Origin: a virus
Reading direction: 5' to 3' (one strand)
UHGV virus genome: UHGV-1381228
DNA length: 22,241 nt
Shown here: positions 16,403 through 22,241 of the stretch, in pieces
Layout: each line of letters begins with the position of its first letter
How positions within the stretch are numbered: the first letter of the stretch is position 1
Translations under genes and position numbers: made by a program
The notes under the pieces: model-generated
Database searches by the model: none
What the model was told of the DNA's origin: nothing
The model's input: the letters and a program-made list of their open reading frames with translations, nothing else

Positions 16403-17409
16403 CACTTCACCTCCTGCGGCGGTTCTGGTAGCGGCATCCAGAACAAGGCGTTCCCTAACCACGATAAAGTGCCGTCGCTCAACTCCACGTATTCCCCTTG
16501 TACCTGTCCTGCCATATACTCGCCGTGCTTTGAATAAATTAAAATCCAATCATCTTGAGGGGGCATTCGCTCACTACAGCTTATCCAACCATCCGGAGTC
16601 ACCGGAAGCGAGAACGGCAGCACATCTCTGTGAACAAGTTTTTGCTGTGACAGGTTATCCAGAACTTTCTGTACTGCTGCATCACCGAATACACCAAGCG
16701 CATCTGCCATAACTCCTACAACCTGATAAGCCTCAGCGCATACCGTGGATAAACCATCCGGAATATCCGGATAGTTGCCTGCCAGTCTACGCAAAACAGC
16801 CTTAACAGCCTCAATACGGTCATCATCGTAACTTTCCGCCGTATCTATGCGGTCGAGCATGATGATTGCGTTATCAATATCAGGATTGCCGGTCCACTCA
16901 TTACCGCGATTGGATTCGGCAGCCTGGTTGCCGCGTACTGGTTGATTGTCGGCTTTACCCAGTCTGTCGTCGCTGCATGAATGCCCTTCCAGCCAGGCCA
17001 ATGCTTGTCGCATGAAATACGCAATATGTTTGCCGTGGTAATCGTCTTCATCGATGTGAAAAGCGATACTACGAATGTATTCAATTGCGTTTTCAATGGC
17101 CTCTAACGCTATCGGCGCTGGCGGAGTGGTATATAGTTTTCGACATTTGTATATCCAACCGGCATGGTCAGGCGTGTCTGTAAAACGCAAATCGTCTTCG
17201 TAGCACTCACGACTACGTTCTTTCCATTCCGTCCACGGAACACCGCTATTCCAGGTGGGGCGAGTGCAGGACTGATACAGAACAGGCTCTGCTTCCAGCG
17301 ATGCCAGAGCAATTTCATAAGCCAGGCGCTCAATATTGTCTCGCACGTCCAGGCTGCCGATTCGCTCTCTGATTTCTTTAATCAGTTCTTTGTCGGTAAA
17401 AGTTGTCAT
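16402..17409 (-). CDS. DUF551-like/Ea22-like prophage accessory protein (335 aa)
   Basis: C-terminal region (DGWISCSERMPPQDDWILIYSKHGEY...WMPLPEPP) resembles the DUF551 domain common in lambdoid prophage early regions (recalled). Confidence 0.5.
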   Translation of the reverse strand: MTTFTDKELIKEIRERIGSLDVRDNIERLAYEIALASLEAEPVLYQSCTRPTWNSGVPWTEWKERSRECYEDDLRFTDTPDHAGWIYKCRKLYTTPPAPIALEAIENAIEYIRSIAFHIDEDDYHGKHIAYFMRQALAWLEGHSCSDDRLGKADNQPVRGNQAAESNRGNEWTGNPDIDNAIIMLDRIDTAESYDDDRIEAVKAVLRRLAGNYPDIPDGLSTVCAEAYQVVGVMADALGVFGDAAVQKVLDNLSQQKLVHRDVLPFSLPVTPDGWISCSERMPPQDDWILIYSKHGEYMAGQVQGEYVELSDGTLSWLGNALFWMPLPEPPQEVK

Positions 17410-17419
17410 GTGTTAGTCC

Positions 17420-17683
17420 TTATCCTGCTGTGCTTTCAACTGATGAGGGGAACAAAATCTTTTCATCAAACCCTGCATTCATATCATGAACAGCAACACA
17501 CCAATCCATTGACGAACGATTATCAAGAGCCTCCATGATTTCATCCATGCGGCGCAGGTCATACAGGTAAATGCTTTTATCGCCAATGGTGTAAAAACCA
17601 ATTTTTTTCGGTGATGGGCAGCGATCAAGAACGTCCTGTAATTCATTCAACCATGCCCGTTCTTTTTTTGTTAAAGTTGCCAT
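17420..17683 (-). CDS. hypothetical protein (87 aa)
   Basis: ORF with Shine-Dalgarno AAGGAG embedded in the last codons of the upstream gene. Confidence 0.45.
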   Translation of the reverse strand: MATLTKKERAWLNELQDVLDRCPSPKKIGFYTIGDKSIYLYDLRRMDEIMEALDNRSSMDWCVAVHDMNAGFDEKILFPSSVESTAG

Positions 17684-17684
17684 A

Positions 17685-18176
17685 TCACTCTCCTTTGATG
17701 CGAATGCCAGTGGTACTCATTCTCCTGATTTCCCAGAGCACACGAGGAACACCACCGTTTCCGACCGGATCGCGTTTACTCCGCAGGGCGACGCTTGATT
17801 CCGCCCAGCTTTTTCTTGGAGGAAGCTCTTTCACACGAACAAAACCAGCTGCGCGAAGAGATGCTCCTGATTCATCTGCCCGGGTGTACGTAATACAACG
17901 TTGATAACCCATAGCTTTTGCTGCCCGCCAGACAGCACCATAAAGCGCGCTGTTAGCGTTGCGTTCTCCTGTGGTACATGTGCGATTTACTTCAAGCGTT
18001 AATCCATCGTCCAAATGTCGTGCAACAGGTCGACCGGCTGTCGCCACACCTATCAATTCTCCGGCATCATTTCTCAGACCAATGCTGAATTTATGCCCCA
18101 CCGGGGGTTTATTGTGTCGGTGATGTCTGGATATAAATGCCTTCGCAACACGAAGAGTAACCGGTGAAATCTGCAC
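17685..18176 (-). CDS. hypothetical basic protein (about 163 aa from GTG at 18176)
   Basis: The track start (ATG 18215) overlaps the upstream gene by 37 nt; GTG at 18176 lies 7 nt after the AAGGAG Shine-Dalgarno. No confident family assignment. Confidence 0.45.
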   Translation of the reverse strand: MQISPVTLRVAKAFISRHHRHNKPPVGHKFSIGLRNDAGELIGVATAGRPVARHLDDGLTLEVNRTCTTGERNANSALYGAVWRAAKAMGYQRCITYTRADESGASLRAAGFVRVKELPPRKSWAESSVALRSKRDPVGNGGVPRVLWEIRRMSTTGIRIKGE

Positions 18177-18178
18177 TC

Positions 18179-18907
18179 TCACTCTCCTTTGATACCAATG
18201 TTTACAGTCTGGCAAGCTTCTCTGAGCACCCAGTCAATAGCGTCTTTCCATGCTCCGGTTTCGACTGACGGATTTTCACGCTTAACCTGTTCATAGAAGC
18301 GCACTGCTTTAACCAGTCCTTCCGGTACTACTGGCGATGGCTGTTTAGCTTCTAAATCAGCAATTCTGTCAACCACGGCATCGACAGCATCTGAAAAGCC
18401 GAACCAGTTACTCCACTCCGGTCTGTCCCCGGTTGCTGCAAAGTACATATCAGCTAAAGCAGACTCAGCATGGTCACGCTCATTGATGAGTTGCTCTTCG
18501 CTTTTCTCCAGTTCAGCAATACGATTACTTCCATCCGAGATAACACCTTCGTAATACTCACGCTGCTCGTTGAGTTTTGATTTTGTCTCCTCAAGCTCAA
18601 CACGCAGCTTCCCTACCGTTAGCGCAATATCCTCGTTCTCCTGGTCGCGGCGTTTGATGTATTGCTGGTTTCTTTCCCGTTCATCCAGCAGTGCAAGCAC
18701 GGTAGCCGGATTAGCCTTGGCAACAAAATCCCGGACTGGCTTACAATCAATCTCCGCAATGGGTTGATACGATGTGTAGCCATGCTGTCTTGTATAACTA
18801 CCGTGACGAATAACGAAAAAATCACCATTTATTTTTTTAGCCTGCCACTTATCTTCACCGGCTTTCTCTGCCGCTTCACGCAGTGCATGATAGTTAATTT
18901 TGTTCAC
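18179..18907 (-). CDS. Ea22-like coiled-coil accessory protein (242 aa)
   Basis: Central charged heptad-like region (ELEETKSKLNEQREYYEG...IAELEKSEEQLINERDHAESA); resembles Ead/Ea22-like prophage proteins (recalled); GTG start overlaps the upstream stop. Confidence 0.45.
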   Translation of the reverse strand: MNKINYHALREAAEKAGEDKWQAKKINGDFFVIRHGSYTRQHGYTSYQPIAEIDCKPVRDFVAKANPATVLALLDERERNQQYIKRRDQENEDIALTVGKLRVELEETKSKLNEQREYYEGVISDGSNRIAELEKSEEQLINERDHAESALADMYFAATGDRPEWSNWFGFSDAVDAVVDRIADLEAKQPSPVVPEGLVKAVRFYEQVKRENPSVETGAWKDAIDWVLREACQTVNIGIKGE

Positions 18908-19509
18908 TGGTTGCCTCCTTTGCGAAGCTCTGCGGCAAAGTCAACTAACCACTCGGTCATTTCAACCTTCCCTACCAGGTCTGAACCAGGAAACATACAG
19001 CAATCACTCTGCGCCGCTTTGAAATCCTTATACTCATATTCCTGAGCCACCAGATTTTTTGCAGCTTCTATAACAGCATCCACCCCCTGCGCCCGTACTT
19101 CAGCCAGGAAAGCGTCGGTGGCTTGGGTTTCGATATCGTTAATTTCAGGAAGAATCTCTTCCCATGTAGCGATATCGCCATTCAAATGCCATCCGGCAAT
19201 TCCACTGGAGTTATCCGCAACACTGCGAACGGCTTCAATAGTTTCATGCATTGCCGCATTCTCCGCTGCCAGCGCCGAAAACTTCTCGTGTGCCAACTTA
19301 ACAGCCGCATCAGCCTGCTTAATTGACTCAATCGCTTTCTGCTGGTCTTCGGCCAGCGCATTAGCACGCACCAGTTGCACTTCCAGTTGCGTTGCCAAAT
19401 CGCTGATCAGCTTTGCCACACTGCGCATATCAACGGCACCACATTCTGCTTTCAGTTCCGAAGCCATCTCATGCCCGGCGGCAACTAACCCTTTGATATT
19501 ACTTTCCAT
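18904..19509 (-). CDS. hypothetical helical protein (201 aa)
   Basis: ORF with GAGGGT 4-5 nt upstream of ATG; Ala/Glu-rich helical sequence. Confidence 0.45.
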   Translation of the reverse strand: MESNIKGLVAAGHEMASELKAECGAVDMRSVAKLISDLATQLEVQLVRANALAEDQQKAIESIKQADAAVKLAHEKFSALAAENAAMHETIEAVRSVADNSSGIAGWHLNGDIATWEEILPEINDIETQATDAFLAEVRAQGVDAVIEAAKNLVAQEYEYKDFKAAQSDCCMFPGSDLVGKVEMTEWLVDFAAELRKGGNQ

Positions 19510-19570
19510 CTTTACCCTCGCTTATCCACATAACTTATTGATTACATTGATAACTAAAAAGATCGTCGAT

Positions 19571-19915
19571 TCAGAACTCTTCGATGTTCCAGCCACCACC
19601 TGCTTTCTTTGGTTTAACCGTTACCCCGATGATTCGGAACGGATACTGATCTGCGGCGACTTTGGTTTTCACCCTGGCGTCGTCGGTCCAGAAACCTTTC
19701 ACTTCGTGCAGTTCCATCTCTCCGGTGGCGAGCATCACAGCGAAATCGGGCGTATAGAACGTGTTGTCAGCTAACCGCAGCTTGATACCCTCGAATCGAT
19801 ACCAGGCGATTTCCCCTGCACGTTTACGCTGCTCAAGGTGCTGGCAATACGCAGATTCTGTTTTGTTCATCTGGCCTGTTTTGAGTCGACCAAGAGCCTG
19901 TATCTGTTTTCTCAT
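19571..19915 (-). CDS. conserved phage hypothetical protein (114 aa), possibly DUF1064-like
   Basis: First gene downstream of the P-like gene; its Shine-Dalgarno AGAGGT lies inside a TTACCT-N3-AGGTAA palindrome; family assignment from memory only. Confidence 0.45.
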   Translation of the reverse strand: MRKQIQALGRLKTGQMNKTESAYCQHLEQRKRAGEIAWYRFEGIKLRLADNTFYTPDFAVMLATGEMELHEVKGFWTDDARVKTKVAADQYPFRIIGVTVKPKKAGGGWNIEEF

Positions 19916-19918
19916 GAT

Positions 19919-19933
19919 TTACCTCTAAGGTAA
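19919..19933. repeat. palindrome TTACCT-CTA-AGGTAA (copy 1), overlapping the ribosome-binding site of the 19571..19915 gene
   Basis: Perfect 6-bp arms with a 3-nt spacer; the AGGTAA arm provides the Shine-Dalgarno 5 nt before the ATG at 19915. Confidence 0.6.
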
Positions 19934-19980
19934 TTGAAAACCATATAAGACACGAAATCAATAGAGTTTAGAATATTTTG

Positions 19981-19995
19981 TTACCTTGTAGGTAA
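19981..19995. repeat. palindrome TTACCT-TGT-AGGTAA (copy 2), 62 bp from copy 1
   Basis: Same half-sites, different spacer; in the intergenic region between the P-like gene and the next operon. Confidence 0.6.
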
Positions 19996-20007
19996 TTGTT
20001 GAGGCGT

Positions 20008-20027
20008 AAAAAAATGCGCTATCGCGC
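20008..20027 (-). terminator. weak intrinsic terminator-like element after the P-like gene (GCGC-GATA-GCGC then U7)
   Basis: Short GC stem followed by seven T on the minus strand, 5 nt after the P-like stop. Confidence 0.35.
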
Positions 20028-20032
20028 TGGTA

Positions 20033-20809
20033 TTACTTGATAAATCCTGCCGCCTTTCCCCGCCTGTATTCCTCCATCAGCCACTGCGCCGGTGTTATTC
20101 CCCCAAGGGTGGCGGCGTTAGGCATGCACCCGAAACTTCGCCCTGGTGGATGGTAAACGTCTCTCCCTGTGTCCGGAGGTGTACTCATGGGCTCTGGCTT
20201 TGCCTGTATGCTGATCACCGGATCGGGTATCTGCTGTCCGGAAGCCACCTTTTTCGCCCAATCATCGAGCAGCCTGCGCGCGTGTTTCTCAACCTCACTC
20301 TCGCTAAGCTGGCGCTGATACATTGCACGACGGGTATCACATACGACCCAGTACATAACCGGATGCCGCCACGGGAATCTTTCGGGACCACCAGGATATA
20401 AACTTTTTTCCTTGCTGTACCGGTGAAACTCCGCCATCACATCGTCAATGGTGACGCCAAGAACCATCTTGCTGTCTTTGCACCACTTGATGAATTGCCC
20501 TGGCGACGGCCAGAACGGAGATTCACTGGCGCGGGCGTGGCGCATACCAGCGTTAACCTGTTCCATTGTAGTGATCCCATTCTCCAGAAACGCAAGCATC
20601 CATTGCTTACGGAATTCATTAAGTTTGTTCTGCTCCCTTATGGTCGAAACGCTTGCAGGAAATGCAGCCTGTAACTGGACAAATAGTTCATTGAAAATTC
20701 TAGCAACCTGCTCCTTTTTGCCATTGCTGTCACGCCGCTCTTCATGCACAGCAACACCATGCTCACGTAAGCGATCGTACTCATTGAGAAGTTCTGGAGT
20801 TGATTTCAT
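20033..20809 (-). CDS. replication protein P-like helicase loader (258 aa)
   Basis: Segment FVQLQAAFPASVSTIREQNKLNEFRKQWMLAFLENGITTMEQVNAGMRHARASESPFWPSPGQFIKWC closely parallels lambda P as recalled (...ATFPASLANRDQNEVNEIRRQWVLAFRENGITTMEQVNAGMRVARRQNRPFLPSPGQFVAWC). Confidence 0.75.
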   Translation of the reverse strand: MKSTPELLNEYDRLREHGVAVHEERRDSNGKKEQVARIFNELFVQLQAAFPASVSTIREQNKLNEFRKQWMLAFLENGITTMEQVNAGMRHARASESPFWPSPGQFIKWCKDSKMVLGVTIDDVMAEFHRYSKEKSLYPGGPERFPWRHPVMYWVVCDTRRAMYQRQLSESEVEKHARRLLDDWAKKVASGQQIPDPVISIQAKPEPMSTPPDTGRDVYHPPGRSFGCMPNAATLGGITPAQWLMEEYRRGKAAGFIK

Positions 20810-21611
20810 CCCACACCCCTTCTATCCAGTCAGTGTTATTCCAGTCAAGCTCATCGCTTTTCCCGGCATTTTTTGATTTTCCCCTGATATGATTTACGTG
20901 CCTGGCGAATTTTTGTTCCCACTGAACCTGCGTGAACACTTTGCCCTCAGCCATCCAGTAATCCCGGAATGCAGCAAGTTCAGCAGGTGTAAATTCCGGT
21001 TCCGGCAGGGCCGTTCCCCACAGCGCAGCACGCCGCCGAAAATCTGGCGACGGTAGCCAGCCATCTGTCATCGGAAATTTCCCGATGGGTTCACTCAGGC
21101 CATCCAGAAATTCAGGTTCTGCCACCTGCAACGGCGTACTGTTCGCTTCACTGGTCGGAGCACCCTCGCGCACGTGCGCTATGTGTGGGGTTTTATATAT
21201 ATCTTCCTCTTCCTCTTCCTCTGGTAACTCCTTTTGTAACGCTGTTGGCGTTACTTTTTGCGTTACTCGTTTTCTATGCTCTGCCACTCTTCTATTCGTA
21301 AGTGCACGTTTTTTCGATGATTCTCCATTATGTCGCTCAAAGTTTGGAAGAATTAGTTTGCCGTCATGATAAGCAAGCCATCCGACGCTAATGAGGGCGT
21401 CAGCAAATCCTGTAATAAAAGCGAGTCTATCAAGTACTCCTTTTGTAACGCTGCCAGCGTTACCGTCTATTGTTTGCTGGTCAGCCCATGCCCATATACG
21501 AACCAGCTTTCCAAGAACAGCATCTGGATCAATACCCAGAATTTCTGCTATCTGAAAAATTTCAGGTTTATCAGGAGTGATAACTTCAACCTTAATCCAG
21601 CTGCTTGCCAT
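20781..21611 (-). CDS. replication initiator (O-position protein) with DnaT-like C-terminal domain (about 276 aa from ATG at 21611)
   Basis: C-terminal GKFPMTDGWLPSPDFRRRAALWGTALPEPEFTPAELAAFRDYWMAEGKVFTQVQWEQKFARH parallels E. coli DnaT as recalled; directly upstream of and overlapping the P-like gene; carries internal iteron-like repeats; ATG at 21611 has GAGGGG upstream (the track start is a GTG at 21629). Confidence 0.65.
   Translation of the reverse strand: MASSWIKVEVITPDKPEIFQIAEILGIDPDAVLGKLVRIWAWADQQTIDGNAGSVTKGVLDRLAFITGFADALISVGWLAYHDGKLILPNFERHNGESSKKRALTNRRVAEHRKRVTQKVTPTALQKELPEEEEEEDIYKTPHIAHVREGAPTSEANSTPLQVAEPEFLDGLSEPIGKFPMTDGWLPSPDFRRRAALWGTALPEPEFTPAELAAFRDYWMAEGKVFTQVQWEQKFARHVNHIRGKSKNAGKSDELDWNNTDWIEGVWDEINSRTSQ
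21190..21465. repeat. candidate replication-origin region: AT-rich tract plus palindromic iteron-like repeats inside the initiator gene
   Basis: AT-rich run about 21191-21201; GTAACGC-TGTTG-GCGTTAC at 21236-21254; extra GCGTTAC at 21260-21266; GTAACGCTG-C-CAGCGTTAC at 21445-21463; 18-bp direct repeat ACTCCTTTTGTAACGCTG at 21227-21244 and 21436-21453 in different codon phases. Confidence 0.5.
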
Positions 21612-21804
21612 AGGTTTCCCCTCTTGCACTCTTTAGTGCACAAGCAAATTCATTACGATGGCGGTTGGCGCTATTCATTGCACATTCAACACATGTTCCG
21701 TTCAGAACATACCTTTCAGAGAGATGGCCGTGACGGCACCGCTTTCCTGTGAAATAGCGATTTAACCCGGCTTTTGCGGCCTCCATTCTGGTTACTATCT
21801 TCAA
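21592..21804 (-). CDS. small zinc-ribbon-like protein (64-70 aa), start uncertain
   Basis: Contains RCRHGH...CVEC; sits between the Cro-like gene/terminator and the initiator, the position cII occupies in lambda, but is not cII-like. The track start is TTG at 21804; an internal ATG is at 21786. Confidence 0.4.
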   Translation of the reverse strand: MKIVTRMEAAKAGLNRYFTGKRCRHGHLSERYVLNGTCVECAMNSANRHRNEFACALKSARGETYGKQLD

Positions 21805-21901
21805 TTTTTCCGCCCCTTTTTGTTATTGATATTGACTATTTTGCACAATTGGAAAATTTGATCAACCAGATTTGGTTTTTTATTACCCTTAAGGTGCGAA
21901 T

Positions 21902-21930
21902 AGATATGAAAAGACCGCCGGATGGCGGTC
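21902..21930 (-). terminator. intrinsic terminator after the Cro-like gene (GACCGCC-AUCC-GGCGGUC then UUUUCAU), tR1-like position
   Basis: Perfect 7-bp GC-rich inverted repeat followed by a T-run on the minus strand, about 23 nt after the stop at 21953. Confidence 0.5.
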
Positions 21931-21952
21931 TACAGAGGGTTGTGGCTGGATA

Positions 21953-22183
21953 TCATGAGTAGAAGAAGTATGCCAGTTCTGCTTTTGAGCGCAGCCATTG
22001 TCTTGTTTTACAGGCTTTAAAAAGCCCATTCATCAATACTTTACCTGGCATTTTGCGCTTGCCTGTTAAGTGAGTCTGGATATAGTGACTCGTCGTTCCG
22101 GCTTCCTGTGCGAAGGCTTCACGCTCATCCGGAGTAAGTGCAAGCCAGTGCTTTTTGAAATCGAAATGTCCGTTATCGCTCAT
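21953..22183 (-). CDS. Cro-like helix-turn-helix regulator (about 77 aa)
   Basis: HTH-like segment DEREAFAQEAGTTSHYIQTHLTGKRKMPGK resembles the Cro/YdaS-type pattern; first gene of the rightward operon. The track ORF extends into the adapter (MCIRDR); the real start is ATG at 22183. Confidence 0.45.
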   Translation of the reverse strand: MSDNGHFDFKKHWLALTPDEREAFAQEAGTTSHYIQTHLTGKRKMPGKVLMNGLFKACKTRQWLRSKAELAYFFYS

Positions 22184-22193
22184 AGCTATTGCC

Positions 22194-22241
22194 CTGTCTC
22201 TTATACACATCTGACGCTGCCGACGATATGCAGTGTGTAGA
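22194..22241. other. Illumina Nextera adapter remnant (Tn5 mosaic end CTGTCTCTTATACACATCT plus read-1 primer, index and P5 start); not biological
   Basis: CTGTCTCTTATACACATCTGACGCTGCCGACGA is the reverse complement of the Nextera read-1 adapter; followed by an 8-nt index-like TATGCAGT and GTGTAGA. Confidence 0.9.

Noticed and set aside
19522-19530. Perfect DnaA box TTATCCACA between two accessory genes
   Set aside because: A single 9-mer match with no second box or AT-rich unwinding element nearby; one occurrence in 22 kb is within chance expectation. The candidate origin is elsewhere (21190-21465).
21202-21222. Short tandem repeat (TCTTCC)x3 inside the initiator gene
   Set aside because: It encodes an in-frame poly-Glu linker (PEEEEEED), a common low-complexity linker; not a CRISPR or regulatory repeat, though it could be a slippage-prone site.
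1-22241. Inward-facing Tn5 mosaic ends at both termini as evidence of a composite transposon
   Set aside because: The ends carry Illumina-specific primer-binding sequences (GTCTCGTGGGCTCGG and TCGTCGGCAGCGTC, reverse-complemented) and index-like 8-mers, and use the synthetic hyperactive mosaic end rather than IS50 outside/inside ends; this is library adapter, not a mobile element.
1-22241. CRISPR arrays, IS elements, integrase/attachment site, lysis cassette
   Set aside because: No regularly spaced direct repeats, no transposase- or integrase-like ORF, and no holin/endolysin-like gene pair were seen; their absence probably reflects the limits of the window.

Overview
This 22.2-kb window is a phage or prophage contig, probably from an enterobacterial host, bounded at both ends by synthetic Illumina Nextera adapter sequence (1-46 and 22194-22241). 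Almost all genes lie on the minus strand in one tightly packed direction with frequent ATGA/GTGA stop-start overlaps. Reading right to left: a Cro-like HTH gene with a tR1-like terminator; a small zinc-ribbon protein; a replication initiator with a DnaT-like C-terminus that contains candidate origin iterons; a lambda-P-like helicase loader; a block of accessory early genes (Ea22-like, DUF551-like, small basic and hydrophobic proteins); small and large terminase; a plus-strand island holding tRNA-Arg(TCT) and a 110-aa ORF of unknown function; then portal, scaffold, major capsid, two small candidate capsid accessory proteins, and tail/internal virion proteins. No integrase, lysis cassette, tailspike, CRISPR array or IS element is visible. 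The most notable unexplained signals are a recurring TTACCT-N3-AGGTAA palindrome at operon starts, an identical 12-bp palindrome on each side of the terminase genes, the frame-independent repeats inside the initiator gene, a GC-rich ORF-free stretch upstream of the tRNA, and the opposite-strand ORF sandwiched between terminators. All protein calls rest on reading the translations by eye and on recalled family features; no searches were run. Motif coordinates were anchored to ORF-track positions and may be off by 1-2 nt.
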